This document shows, one piece after another, positions 12,045 to 25,258 of a stretch of DNA of 64,000 nt. A program made the translations under genes and the position numbers. How positions within the stretch are numbered: the stretch's first letter is position 1; each line of letters starts with the position of its first letter. The DNA comes from Octopus sinensis (taxonomy: Eukaryota): assembly GCF_006345805.1 (NCBI RefSeq), contig NC_042997.1:72168001-72232000 (forward strand), written 5' to 3'. The notes under the pieces were generated by a model. The model searched no databases. It had not been told where the DNA came from and was given only the letters and a program-made list of their open reading frames with translations.

Positions 12045-13258
12045 AAAAGCTTGTTTATTTTTATGTTTCTTTGATTTATTATTAGTGTTGCTTAATATGT
12101 TTTGCTAAAATTGCTGTTTCTTTTCAGATATCACCAGAAAAAGGTAATTAAAATTTATTAAAATGACAGATCTAACGGGCTTCCAAAGAGCTCAAATTGT
12201 CAAATTGTTGGTGCTCGTATGGCAGGTGCTAGCGTAACGAAAACTGCCGAAATGTTTGGTATATCAAGAAGTACTGTCTTGAAAGTAATTACAGCCTTTG
12301 AGAAAGAGAGAAAAACCTCGTCGAAACAAAACTCCGGAAGAAAACCAAAACTTTCAGATAGGGACCGTCAGACTCTTACGCGAATTGTTAGAAAGCATTA
12401 CAAAAGTACAGCTCCCAAAATTACTGCAGAACTTAATGATCACCTCGAGAACCCAGTTTCCAGAAAAACTGGTCGTCGGGAGCTGCACAAAGCCGGATTT
12501 CGCAGGAGGGCTGCAATCAGAAAACCACTACTTTCAAAAACAAACGTTGCAAAGCATTTAGAGTGGAGTAAAATCCTCCAGAATTGGTCCCTAGAGCAGT
12601 GGAAGAATGTTATTTTCTTGGACGAGTCATCCTTTACCTTATTTCTGACCACCGGCCGAGTATACGTGTGGAGACATCCAAAAGAAGCATTTGACCCAGA
12701 CTGTCTTCTTCCAACTGTTAAACATGCAGGAAGATCTGTGATGATCTGGGGGGGGAGTATATATCTTGGAAATCCGCCGGCCCAATGGTTTCCTTTCAAA
12801 GCAGAATTGATAGTCAAGACTATTTAAGCATTTTACTTGATCGAATTCATCCTATGCTTGTGGAACTGTTTCCAGAGGGAAACGTAATCTTTCATGATGA
12901 TAACATACCCATTCACACAGCTATATTTGTTACTGAATAGCACGAGGAACATTCTGGTAAAGTCGAACATTTCATCTGGCCACCACTGTCCCCAGATATC
13001 AATACTGTTGCAAATTTATGGTCCATTTTACAAAAACAAGTAAGGAGTCGATATCCTCCACCATTATCACTACAAGAACTGGAGACTGTTTTAGCTGAAG
13101 AATGGACAAAAATTCCTTTGGAAACATTTCAAACTATGTACGAGTCCATATCTCAGAGAATCTAAGCTGTAATTTCTGCTAAAGGCGGTCCTACACCATA
13201 TTAAAATAAATTTGTTTGAAATTTTAAGGTGTTTCCATTATTTTGTCCAACCTCTGTA
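12045..13258 (+). mobile_element. Tc1-family transposon remnant; transposase pseudogene 12163-13203
   Basis: HTH GISRSTV, SGRKPKLSDRD, IFLDESSF, TVKHAGRSVMIWG, FHDDN, WPPLSPD, GGPTPY*; 3' TIR TTTTGTCCAACCTCTG+TA; 5' TIR not found. Confidence 0.88.
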
Positions 13259-13269
13259 CATTTTGCAAG

Positions 13270-15250
13270 CTAAACTTTATTGTTTTACATATTTATCGTT
13301 TCCATTAACAACTTGTGTGTGCCCGTATCTTTTCTAGTTTCTCCAGATTGTTAAACGTAGTTAAACGCACACCAAAATATTCCAGTATTCTCAAGTATGC
13401 TATATTGTAATTATACTATCGGCAGATTTCTCATAGATGCTTATTTTCTTTCTATCTTTAACATTACGTTAACGTCTACTGGACGACTGATTTATAATAG
13501 TGATCACGGTTTCTTCTTGTCTTAGACAATTCTGTCTGGACTGTTATACCTCCATTTTATAGAGGTTTTATAACGAACATTCTTCCACTATTACATATTA
13601 TAGATTCCAATGTAAGTTCTTATCTTTTCATTTTTATAGCTATACGAGTTGCATTATATATTGTTAAACCAGATCATGCATCGTAAGGCAAGAGTGTTGT
13701 CGGGACATCTTGTGCATAAGGTATTTTGCTGCTATTGGTAAAACCATTCTCTTCAAAATTGTTAGTTCCAAATAAATTCATCTCGTTATCTGTGTTAGTA
13801 CAACTATCAAACTTTCTTACTATAGAGACATTTATGACATTCTGCTGGTAAGCAGAAAAATCTTTCGTCTATAATTCTATTCTGATAAATATGATCAGCT
13901 TCCCTATGCATGCAACCCTGTATATCAAACAATGACTACTTTCCAATGGGGACATTTCCAACTCTAATGGTATTATTTGCCTCATGTGTGCAAACTAAAT
14001 CCATTGATGCACCACAAAATTTGATGGTTTGTAAGTGTTGTCTAATAATTATGATGAGATTTTCAAAGGCTGTTTGAGTCGATGTTAAGCCTCTGCCTTT
14101 TTGTTTTCCATTTACATTTTAACAATCAATATCATTACTGATGTAAACATTTCTAGTTGCAGTTAGAAATTTCTAGCTATTAACATCAATCGTCAAGGTT
14201 TGATTCTGAGTCGAACTGAGTGGCCCAATGTTAGAATAATCATTGGTATCAACAATTACTCAGTAAATACAGCTGGGCCTACTGATTTATTGTAAGCACA
14301 AAGCCCCGGGGGCCATACTTTTTTCTGCAGTTCACGCGTGCTCTATTGCAAATTCCATCGTAGTATATTCCTGTCGACCTCTTGATACCTGTAATATTCC
14401 CAATAAGATTCCAGAAAAATATTCAGGCTATTGATTGCGATATTATTAGGCGGAGTTGCAGCTTTTTGTTGAACAAACTCTACCTCTTTATTATCTCTGA
14501 GAATATCATCACCGTGCGGTGACTCTTCTTCATAAAATATTCTTCAGCTTTTATTACATACAATTTTTATTTATAAGTCTTCAAAATCTTCAAAGAACTA
14601 CCAAGCAGATGTTGAAGAAAATAAACATTAGATATTTGCTAAAATGATGTTTTATCTTGTGAATGTTTACATGTAAAATCAGCGTCAATTTCAGTTTTGT
14701 TAGATTTTTATTAATGCGAGTCAAATTTGGCCTGTCTTAGATTTAGGAATGAATTAATCTCGATCTATTTCATAAAAATTTCTTTAAAGTGTTCATATTG
14801 TTAACACCTCAGCTTATGACATACATCATTACTGTTGTTATGGCCAATAGCAGAAAGATGTGATCAACTATCCTTAATTCGAGCAGGTATTGTATATGCT
14901 TCTGGATGTCGCTGATCAGTTATTCCACGTGGTTCTCTATTTGCCGGAATACATAAATCAATTACTTCTAAGTTTTGAAAATAAGAATTATAATCAGTAA
15001 CTCTCCTCTTGTGTTCAACAAATATCACTTATTGGAGTGATTGTTTTATGTTTAATAATTTAACTCTGAGAAGAAACAGTCTCTGTAAGTCTATACCTCC
15101 AAGAAAAAAATACTTCATAATTTAATTTTTCTATAACTATTTCGACAATGAGTTCGTTTACCTTTTTTGATGTTGCCTTTCTTGCGTCCTTTCTCGATGC
15201 TGAATTACCTAGCCGTATATTTTGTGGTAATTTTCTGAAATGGGGAATTT
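13270..15250 (-). pseudogene. Very degraded Penelope-like RT/thumb remnant
   Basis: Patchy motif similarity by eye (e.g. NEMNLFGTNNFEENGF resembling EL..I...L..NGYP); many stops. Confidence 0.35.
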
Positions 15251-15491
15251 CATTTGGAAACAAATATTGTTAGGATTTTGAATGAAAAGGTCTCTTCAAA
15301 TAAATGCGATCAGAAGATAACCAGTTATTTGTTATGGAATTAATGCTGGACTTAGTAATGATCAAAAACTCGATGAACAATCTAACACGCCAAATAAATA
15401 TTCAGGGCCAGTGTATATGCATTTATGTATATTCGTGTATGTTTGCATATATATATATATATATATATATAAGAAGGTTTGGAGATGATGT

Positions 15492-15668
15492 ACAGGTATA
15501 TATTAGAAGAAATGAGGTACTCAGAAATTTGGATGGTTTTATACTTACAGATATTTATTAATATGTCACATGTTTTTATAAATCATATATTAACGCTTGC
15601 ATCCACTAGAGTGGACGCAAACCATCCAGATTTCTGAGTACCTCATTTCTTCTAATATATATGTACAT
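15492..15668. repeat. Inverted repeat with ~50-bp arms between (TA)n tracts
   Basis: TATATTAGAAGAAATGAGGTACTCAGAAATTTGGATGGTTT versus AAACCATCCAGATTTCTGAGTACCTCATTTCTTCTAATATA. Confidence 0.85.
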
Positions 15669-15669
15669 G

Positions 15670-15712
<43 letters not shown>

Positions 15713-15878
15713 GACGAATTAAAAAGCAGCGAAAGTGGTGTAAACATTATCGATCGTACATACTCAATTTATGTTTTGTTTGTTCGCCGGTTTCGCTGCA
15801 GGGTAACGCTTGGGGACGAATGGCTGTTAAAATACCTCTGAGTAATAGACAGGCGAGAGAACTTACCTCAGGTCGAAT

Positions 15879-15995
15879 TCAGGAGTAACGGATACTGATA
15901 TTTCGCCGTTTTTGTGGCTTATCAATATCGCCTGCCGAAATCGACCCAAGAACGAATCGAATCGTCACAAAAAGGGCGAAATATCAGTGTCCATC
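15879..15995. repeat. Inverted repeat with ~37-bp arms (MITE-like)
   Basis: TCAGGAGTAACGGATACTGATATTTCGCCGTTTTTGTG versus CACAAAAAGGGCGAAATATCAGTGTCCATCGCTCCTGA. Confidence 0.75.
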
Positions 15996-16075
15996 GCTCC
16001 TGATTTACAGAATTGAAACAAAACATTTAGATACAAGCACATATAATGAAGTATCTCAATATACATATATAGATT

Positions 16076-16281
16076 AGGCAGCGAGCTGCAGAAACGTTAA
16101 CACGCTGAACGAAATGCTTAGCGTCTGCCTTTACGTTCTGAGTTCAAATTCCGCCGAGGTCGACTTTGCTTTTCATCCTTTCGGGGTCGATAAATTAAGT
16201 ACCAGTTGCGTACTGAGACCGATCTAAGCGACTGACCCCTCCCCCAAAATGACGGGTCTTGTGCCTAGAGTAGAAAAGAAT
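16076..16281 (+). mobile_element. tRNA-derived SINE family B
   Basis: GGCAGCGAGCTGCAGAAACGTTA..GAGTTCAAATTCC (A/B-box-like); related copies at 17990-18082, 32670-32848, 32360-32540(-), 46985-47110. Confidence 0.85.
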
Positions 16282-16410
16282 ATAGAGAGAGAGAGAATTT
16301 GCGCATTCATACATACTACACACACACACACACACACACATGCTTGTACCATGTACATACAGAGAACACATGTCGATAGAGAGATAGACTGATAGATAGA
16401 TAGATTGATT

Positions 16411-16458
<48 letters not shown>

Positions 16459-16711
16459 GGCGGATAGATATAGATATAAAGGTATAGATATGCACATATA
16501 TATATGCGTCGAAACGTAAAACCCTCCTTCTTCCCTTCCTTCCTGAGCGTCCAATAATAGTATATTTGTTCCACGTCCTCGCGTTGTTGTGTTTTCTCTT
16601 TGTGTTTTCATGTTTGGATTAACTTTATATACATACATACATACATACATGAATGTGTGTATCTGTGTGTATGTATGCATGTATGTATATGTATATATAT
16701 ATATATATATA

Positions 16712-17340
16712 TAGGAAGATATTGTTATATTTCGGAATGGTCATTTTGCCAGTTTAGCCAATAAAAACACACGCACTATATATTTGGTGTTATTTTGCTT
16801 CATTGTTATTTATTTTTTACATTAATCTTAATCTTATTTTGGCCAGTGTTCTTTCGTCACACTCCTGTGACCGCATCAGTGGTCCTTTGTTTTCTTCTTT
16901 CTTATTTGTGTCTCTCCTTACTAACCGTCAGCCATTTTGTATTTCTATTGTATGTCTTCATTTGCGCATGCTTATATCTCTATGTGCGTTTATGTTTATT
17001 TAGTGTGTTTTTATTGGCTAAACTGGCAAAATGACCATTCCGAAATATAACAATATCTGTTTCAACACACGACTTCACATAAAAAATCTTGCACAACAAA
17101 TATTTAAACGTATATAGGAAGAGTTTACAGTAAATCCACAAAAAAAAACCCAAGAAAAACAAAAAATCACAAAAAAAAACAACGCGAGAACGTGGTACAC
17201 GTAAAGTATTAGCAGACGCTCAGGGAAGGAAAGAAACGTATTTTTACGTTTCGAGCGAAGCTCTTCTTCAGAAACCGAGAAAAGTCCAATAGAAAAGGAA
17301 GACGGAGTAAAAAATTTGCCAACGATTCACATATGGTTAT
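16712..17340 (-). mobile_element. Penelope-like terminal-repeat fragment with inverted arm
   Basis: 16716-16775 is the inverse of 16997-17060; related pieces at 16505-16630 and 18590-18830; partial HHR-like core at 17234-17271. Confidence 0.5.
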
Positions 17341-18080
17341 ATTTTAAGCTTCAAGCAATCCGTAGTAAATATAAAACATAAGTTTCAGGGACAATAGTGG
17401 TTTATTGAAACGGAAGGTTGTGGAATTTTTCGCATCGAGGTACGATAAATTGAAAAAGTTCTTTTTATATTTTACAGTAGACGACCAGGGTTGCTGGGCA
17501 TGCGAATAAGGATATAATAGTTAAGGTATATCATTTTCTATGTATATATACGCATACACCTATATTCATATAAACACACATGCACACACATACACACACA
17601 TATATGACTGTAATTGTTTATATGTGTACATGTATGCATAAAGTATTTAACATGATCGATCTTTTGCCGATAAGTGTTTCCATATAAAAGTACGTCAAAG
17701 TTAAAAGCGCCAACGAAAATGAAGACGTGTTCATACACGGAATTCTAAAAAACAAGAGGCGGACTAATGTAACTGAATATTGTTTAAAAGCGACTCCTCG
17801 CTTAATCCTCGTTATTTACCTACCACTAGTGTGTATACAGTAATGTATACATAGTGATTACTCATAATAAAGCTTTGTCATTCGTATTCAAAACCCAAGA
17901 CATCTTGGTCTCAGAGTTGTGTTTGTCTGTATATCATATATGCTTATATGTATGCGCGTATGTCTATATCTTATAATATCCGAGTGTAAGGCAGTGAGCT
18001 GGCAGAATCGTTTAGCACGCCGGTCAAAATGCACGTCAGTATTTCTTCCAGCTCTTTACTTTCTGAGTTTAAATTCCGCC

Positions 18081-18126
<46 letters not shown>

Positions 18127-18217
18127 CTCTCTCTCCTCTCTCCTCCTCTCTCTCTCTCTCTCCCCTCCTCTCCTCTCGCCTCTCTCATCCTCTCCCCTCC
18201 CTCTCTCTTCATCCTCT

Positions 18218-18260
<43 letters not shown>

Positions 18261-18843
18261 TGATATATGTATATATATATATATATACGAGAAAATAGAT
18301 TAGACTGGCCATATTTCAAATCACTATAATTGTTTCAATTCATCATTATCCGAAGTTAATAGCTGGATAGTACATATATTATACGCATTATTGTATTAGC
18401 ATGAGTCAACAATAGGTGTATAAATGCGCATCCAGAATCAAAGCACATTTTATACTCATACCGAAATGCTGTGGTTAGTTTTCCTCTGACGAAAAGGAAC
18501 AAGGAAATACGAAGGGATACAAATATGGAAAAAAAACAACTAAAAACAAATTAGGGAAAATAAAAGATAAAGAATTAAGGAGAAATTATTTATGAATTTG
18601 TTTTGCAAGATTCCTTATGTGAAAGCGTATACTGAAAGAGATATTGCTATGTTTCGGGATAGTCGTTTCTGTTTTTTCATACCAAATAAACACGCGCACT
18701 ATACATTCGTTCTCCACTCATTTATTATTACCCTAATTTTATCTCATGTTCATTGTCTAGAAATCTTTCGTCACACATCCGTGACCTCTTCAGCAACTCT
18801 TCTGTCCTATGTGTATCCTCCTGTTCTGTTTAGTATATATATA

Positions 18844-18936
<93 letters not shown>

Positions 18937-19562
18937 ATTAGGGCTTAGTAAAATAAATAATTATATAATGTAATACTTTGAATACGCCTTAAATGGTCCT
19001 TTTACATACTGAACACTACTTGGTGAAATTGATTAATAACTAATTAATTTTACCCTCAATTATTGATATTATATATATATATATATATATATACAGAGAA
19101 AGAGTGAGAGAGGTAATTGTAAAGGACACAATTATACTTAAAGACACGGATGCTACTATGCCTATATGCTGAAAATAGGCGTCAAATACGTCCTGCCGCT
19201 GTACATTATTACTATATATACACAGGTGGAAAGAGGGAAAGAAAAAATAATTCAGAGAGTTTGGGATTGATCCGTTTCTGAATTAGTTTAATAACTTTTC
19301 CTTCATCAGCAAAACATACTCAGCGAAATAAATGAAAATATGTACACATACCCACAGAAAAGTACACGCAAAATGCGAGTATATATAAATATTCACAAAT
19401 ATATACGCATCGGATGTTCTCAGTTCACCTCAACACACCTATATCTATATATATCTATCCATCTAGCTATATATATATATTATATATATATATATATATA
19501 TAATATATATATATAGATATATATATATATATGTTTTGTGTGTGTGTGTGTATATCATATTT

Positions 19563-19900
19563 TAAGTTTGAAAACGGAGAGACCCAATGGATACAAAGTA
19601 ATTATGTATTAATTACTTAACATCTTCACCTATTCTTAGTATATTGGAATATTCCAACAGATCATAATATAATCTTTGTATTGTCCTTTTTCGTGCCCTG
19701 ATGATTTTCCACCCAAGGTATTTTGAAATGCCAGATTATTTATTTATGTTTTGTAGTTAAAATTGGATGCGAAATTGTAGGTGAATATGTTAATTAATTA
19801 ATAAGTTAATTTGTATCCATTGGATCTCTTTGTTTTCAAACTTAATAATATTTGATATTTTCTGATATTTTATATAATATTTTATATAATATTGAAGTAA
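19563..19900 (+). mobile_element. Family P1 copy with inverted 5' arm
   Basis: 19563-19632 is the reverse complement of 19778-19845; CTGATGA at 19698; stem III partly deleted. Confidence 0.7.
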
Positions 19901-19985
19901 GATCTTTTCAATATACAATATATTAAATCAATTAAATATATTAAATAGGTGCAGGAGTGGCTGTGTGGTAAGTAGCTTGCTAACC

Positions 19986-22041
19986 TCTGAACTGTTCAGA
20001 CGTGTTATTTTGCTGCTCCAGATGTCACGTTGTTTCAACGTGAATTGTTGAACTTTTTGACTCGACTACAGGTAGGCGTGTTGTATTTTTGCGGGCGAAG
20101 TGAAGTTTTATTACTTGCATTAATGTCTTTTAGCACTTAATATTTTTAGCAGATAATAAAGCTCCACTTTGCTCCGGGTGTAATTTTTCTGCCTGTTGTC
20201 GAGTGTAAAGAGAATTGTATTTTTAAAGCGGCGTAGTCCGTGTGCAAAAATTATTTTTGAAATTGTCGTTGTGTTATCCACGGGATTTACCAAGGATTAT
20301 TTTACCAAGGTGTTTTACCAACCGTGTATTTGGCCTGGAATACAATTTTTGGCCGAAAAAGTGAAAACAAAAAAAAAAGAAAAATTAATTCCTTTGTCTG
20401 AATTTGAACTCTCTTTCTCCGTCTATCATTCATTTGTAAAAAAAAAAAGAACTTTTTTTGAACTGCCATTTTTAATTTTATTTCTTCCCTTCTGTTGCAT
20501 TTTTCATTCTCCTTTCTGTGTCTAATTTATTTTATCACATTTTGAACTGTTTTTTTTTACGTTATGGCAAAGAATTTCACTGTGTGGGAATTGACACCTC
20601 CCAAAAGTACTTAAAGGAGCTCGAGGACAAAACCGTGGTGTTGAGGACATTTTCGAAGTCGCTCGACACCATAATGGTTTTCCCGAAAGCCACCATTATG
20701 AACGAGCTGGCAGACTATATGCCAGCCGTTAAATACATTCAACGGGGAGCCAAATACGCAACGATTTGGTTGCTGTTTGACTCCCCTAAAGCAGCTTGCG
20801 ATTTCGCGAGTAAGCCCATTGAGGGCGAAGAGATTCTGTTTCTCCCAAGCTACAAGGGGGAAAAATTGATACGATTATGGGTCTGCGGCCTGCCGCCCGG
20901 CTTTGAGCCCGAGTGGGGGGAAGATTCCATCCGCCGGGGTCTGAGTGGTGGTAGCGCCAAGATCCTGAACGTGAGAATGCAGCCTGCAGCTGACTGGGAA
21001 GGGTCAAAGGCTACTTTGACTCTGTGGACCCAGTCGGCCAAGAGTCTGGTTTTGCCGGACTTCTTGAAGATAGCCGGGTCCAAGTATCCGGTGATGCTTG
21101 AGAGACGCCCCCCCCCCAAGTGTCACCTGTGTTCGGAGACCGGCCACATTAAGAAAAACTGCCCCAGGGACCAGAGTAGGATCCTTGAGAAGTTAATATC
21201 AGAGCCTCTCCCTGCCCCACCAATGGAGGGAGAGAAACAAAGTGAGGAGGGGGAAAAATTCTCCTCCAAAAGAAAAAGAAAAGTGGGGAGCAATGGCGAC
21301 CCACCAAAGGAACCGGAGGCTGCGGAAGAAAAAGAGGACCCGGTGCGTATAGCACCGGAACCTCAACCCCCCGAGGCCCAGCGTAAAAAGAAAAAGAAAA
21401 AGAGGAACGGGACGCCACCAGCGGACTGTAACACCCAGATGGCGTCTCCCATGTGTCCTCCGGCGGTTGTGATGCCGGAGAAATTTTATGTAGTCCTCTT
21501 CCATAAAGGAGGCACAGTAGAAAATGAAATAGGTAAGATGAGGAAGAGAAACCAATGGGAGGGACTTCGGTCCTGCATGGAGTATCCCGAGTGGCCTTCG
21601 CAGCTGGCTGCGGAGGTCCTACTCGAAAATGATATGTGCAGGATCGAGAATTCTTTCCCGGAGGATCTCTTGCAAGTCATACCTGTATGCGGAAGCCTGA
21701 CGACGGACGATCGCGTCATTAAAGCAAGAAAGTTCATCGGTCGGGTAACGTAAAATTGTAATTATGTTACATTGTGACAGAGGTTTTTGCCTCTGAAAAG
21801 ACTTTTAAAATTGTAAATTGTAAATTGGAATTTTTGTGAAAATTTTTGAATTTTTGTAATTTTTTAAATTTTGTAAATTATTGGAAAAAAAGAAGAACAT
21901 TGTTTTAGAGAAGAAAAAGTCGGCGGGCGCTTTCTGACTTCTCCCATCACCATCTTCATCCACCACCACCATCATCCATTAATGTCTTTGTCCAGCCCGT
22001 AGCTACTCTGTGTGCTGCCCTAGTGGCAAATTATTGAAATA
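19986..22041 (+). mobile_element. ORF1-only (HAL1-like) non-LTR retroelement with 16-bp TSD
   Basis: TSD AAGTAGCTTGCTAACC at 19970-19985 and 22042-22057; ~580-bp 5' UTR, single ORF, ~290-bp 3' UTR; no EN/RT sequence. Confidence 0.85.
20564..21753 (+). CDS. L1/Tx1-type ORF1 nucleic-acid-binding protein with CCHC zinc knuckle
   Basis: CHLCSETGHIKKNCP (CX2CX4HX4C), upstream RRM-like region, basic KKKKKKR tract. The ATG at 20564 is one base out of frame in a short A run (probable start MAKEFHCVG). Confidence 0.8.
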
Positions 22042-22481
22042 AAGTAGCTTGCTAACCAACCACATGGTTCCGGGTTCAGTCCCACTGCGTGGCATCTTGG
22101 GCAAGTGTCTTCTGCTATAGCCTCGGGCCGACCAAAGCCTTGTGAGTGGATTTGGTAGACGGAAACTGAAAGAAGCCTGTCGTATATATGTATGTGTGTG
22201 TATATGTTTGTGTGTCTGTGTTTGTCCCTCTAGCATCACTTGACAACTGATGCTAGTGTGTTTACGTCCCCGTCACTTAGCGGTTCGGCAAAAGAGGCCG
22301 ATAGAATAAGTACTGGGCTTACAAAGAATAAGTCCCGGGGTCGATTTGCTCGACTAAAGGCGGTGCTCCAGCATGGCCGCAGTCAAATGACTGAAACAAG
22401 TAAAAAAAGAGAAAAGAGAAAGAGAGAGTGTATCTTGGGTAAAAATATCCCTAAAAGAGATCTAAATATTCTTACGGACGG

Positions 22482-22529
<48 letters not shown>

Positions 22530-22651
22530 TATATATATATATATATAAATATACATACACATACACACACACACACACACCTTCTCCTCCACTTACGAAC
22601 GAATTCCGTTCCGACTGACAGGTCGTAAGTCGCATAGGTCATACCTTGAGA

Positions 22652-22734
<83 letters not shown>

Positions 22735-22736
<2 letters not shown>

Positions 22737-24340
22737 TAGCAGAGTTACCCGGCGTTGCCCGAGTTACATACACTTGAAGAATTAGACTTATTCTGTTATA
22801 TTTTCTGTAATGAACTGGAATACCTATGTTTCGAATTTCATCAAAATTGCAGATGAGGGTTATTTCCCTCTTTACACACCCAAACAAAATTGTAATCGTA
22901 CCACATGTATCCCATACTACTGATTTTTATGCGCATATTCCAAAATTCCAGTCTTATAGAACCTGTTAAAAGGATTTTGCTCCTGAAAAATGTAGGTCAT
23001 GGAGCTCTTTGAGGGTGAGCATCTTAATATCAACCAGAGAAGTTGCATTGTTGAGAATCTTTTTAACTTGTCTTATATCTATTGTTCGAATTTCTTTGAA
23101 ATAGGAAATATATGTTCACTGGGTTTGTAAAAGAGAGCAAAGCTACAGGAAACCAAAAGACGAATGATCACAATAAGCAGTCAGCTACAGTACCCTAGTC
23201 GTTACCACTCCCAATGTAGTATTCCTCACCATGCAGGTGACAGGCACAGCCGTAAGATGCATTACGAATGTATGGCAATTGGAAGGGCGTGACCCAACTG
23301 AAATAAACATTAACAACTGTGTGACGTGAGGGCTAAGGAGAAATGAAAGTTGGAGTTTGCAAATGACCACTATACTGATACGTAACTGGACAGAATAAAT
23401 ATACAATCTATAAATGTCTTTGAATAACCAGTCACTCATCTGGGAAGGCCTTGAAATCAATGTTACTATCTGGGGACTATGTGTGACCCAGTGATAATAA
23501 AAAGACTGAAAGGAGGTCTACAATCAAATAACTTTACTCAACACTTTGCAACTGAATCAGTAGAGGCAAAGATGCCTCTCATTTACTTGACAATTTATGC
23601 AGCACATTGCAGAAATCCCAATCTAAGCAGTTGTACCATTGAATTACAAATAATGCTCATCTTCTATGTTCGGATGACCCCACAGCTTCTAAGAGTACAA
23701 CTATTCGTCTTTGCTTAGATAAAATGACAAAATTGTGGGTGTTAAGTCCCCATGAAGGGGTCATTCTAACTTCTAAGAAGATGAAATTTTATAAATATTA
23801 CTTTATTTGTATCTAATATCTATGGTTAAAATTTCATCAACAGCAAAAATATATGAATTGTAATGGGGGTTGTGGCCCTTATGCATAGAATATAATTTCC
23901 AAATTTCGTAAAGATTCATTCAGTACTTTTGACTTAGTTTTGGATCATAAAAGAAATTACTAAAATTTGGGAGTTAAGGCCCCCTTTAGGGTGTCTTAGA
24001 ATCCTCATGTGAAGTGGAAACTTTGAGAATACTTCTTGATGTGTCAATTACCCATGGTTGAAATTTCATCAACATCGAAAATTTATGAATTTTCATGGGG
24101 TGGCGGGGTTCTGCCCCCTTTAAGCCATCTGAAATTCAAACCAAACATATTGCATTATTACAAATATCATAAGGATCCATTCAGTAATTTTGGTCAATGA
24201 AATTGTATGAAACACACAGCATTACCCTTCTCCTTAGGCTTCGATTTTGTGTTCCAAATTTCATTATGATCGGTGCAGCAGTTTTCGAATGTATAAGTAA
24301 TACACGAACACAAGACATTGTCTTTGATATAATAAATATG
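22735..24340 (-). mobile_element. Non-autonomous Helitron-like element
   Basis: Minus-strand 3' end has an imperfect hairpin (CTCGGGCAACGCCGGGT) upstream of CTAG in a TA context; the other end has the AAATTTCAT..GATCGG..AGCAGTTT motif typical of such elements. Confidence 0.6.
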
Positions 24341-25124
24341 AATGTACACATATACATACATGTATATATATGTGTGTGTGTGTGTGTGCGTGTGTGTGTG
24401 TGCGCGCGTATGTATGTATGTATGTATGTATGTGTGTGTGTATGTATGTAAGTATGTATACACACACACACACACACAAAGATAAATTGTGTGCGCAAAC
24501 AAAAATATGAGATACTGCCTAGTGGTTTTTCTTATATTTTGATTAGCCTGGTACTTATTCTATCAGTTTCTTCTTGTGAAACCACTAAGTTATGGGGATG
24601 TAGATAAACGAACACCAGCATGGCCACAGCTCATTAGCTGAAACTGGAAAAATCAAAAATCAAAATCATACATCTATACATATACATGTATACATATACA
24701 TCTATATGTATAGAAATAAATGTATACATATACAGCTATACACACATACACACACACACATACATAGGTACAGGTGTGGCTGTGTGGTACCAAACACATG
24801 GTCCTGGGTTTAAATTTAAATTTAAAATAATAAGGGTGAGAAATTGAATATTAATTTGATTAATATGAATTGAAAACCAGTGGTGTAGCATATAAGACCA
24901 TAGCGGATCTTCTTCTAGCAAATGGATGTCCACTGTTAATGGTTCATCCCTCTTATATAATAGTTTGACTTTAATAGTTTCAGTATTAAAGTGAAAGTAT
25001 CTGACATTACAATAGAGAGATGTTTTTGTTTCACTTTTAACACGTAATACTGAAATTGTGGAGAAGATATGATATTGCTGTGGGCTCACCCTAGGCAACA
25101 AGCTTGAAATGTTTCTGCCCATGA

Positions 25125-25258
25125 CACTCCCTGGACCCTAAGTAAGGAATGTGTAAAATTTGAATGGTTGTGTAGTTCTCAAGTTGGCAATCCCTAAAAC
25201 TTGAGAACTACACAACCATTCAAATTTTACACATGCCTTACTTAGGGTCCAGGGAGTG
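25125..25258. repeat. Near-perfect hairpin, 61-bp arms and 12-nt loop
   Basis: 25125-25185 versus 25198-25258, one mismatch seen. Confidence 0.9.

Larger units (their letters stand above)
19948..22430 (+). mobile_element. tRNA-derived SINE family A split by an insertion (head 19948-19985, remainder 22042-22430)
   Basis: GGTGCAGGAGTGGCTGTGTGGTAAGTAGCTTGCTAACC continues as AACCACATGGTTCCGGGTTCAGTCCC after the insert; related copies at 39655-40080 and 40515-40920. Confidence 0.9.

Noticed and set aside
17234-17271. Complete hammerhead on the minus strand (CUGAAGA-A-GAGC/GCUC-GAAA-CGUA/UACG-UU)
   Set aside because: Core and stems II and III are present but no stem I pairing was found; kept only as a partial motif.
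19265-19312. Minus-strand CTGATGA..GAAAC
   Set aside because: No consistent stem II or III and no NUH site.
20518-21753. LTR-retrotransposon gag or a host zinc-finger gene
   Set aside because: No LTRs, PBS or introns; a long TSD and similarity to the L1/Tx1 ORF1 in this window fit a non-LTR origin.
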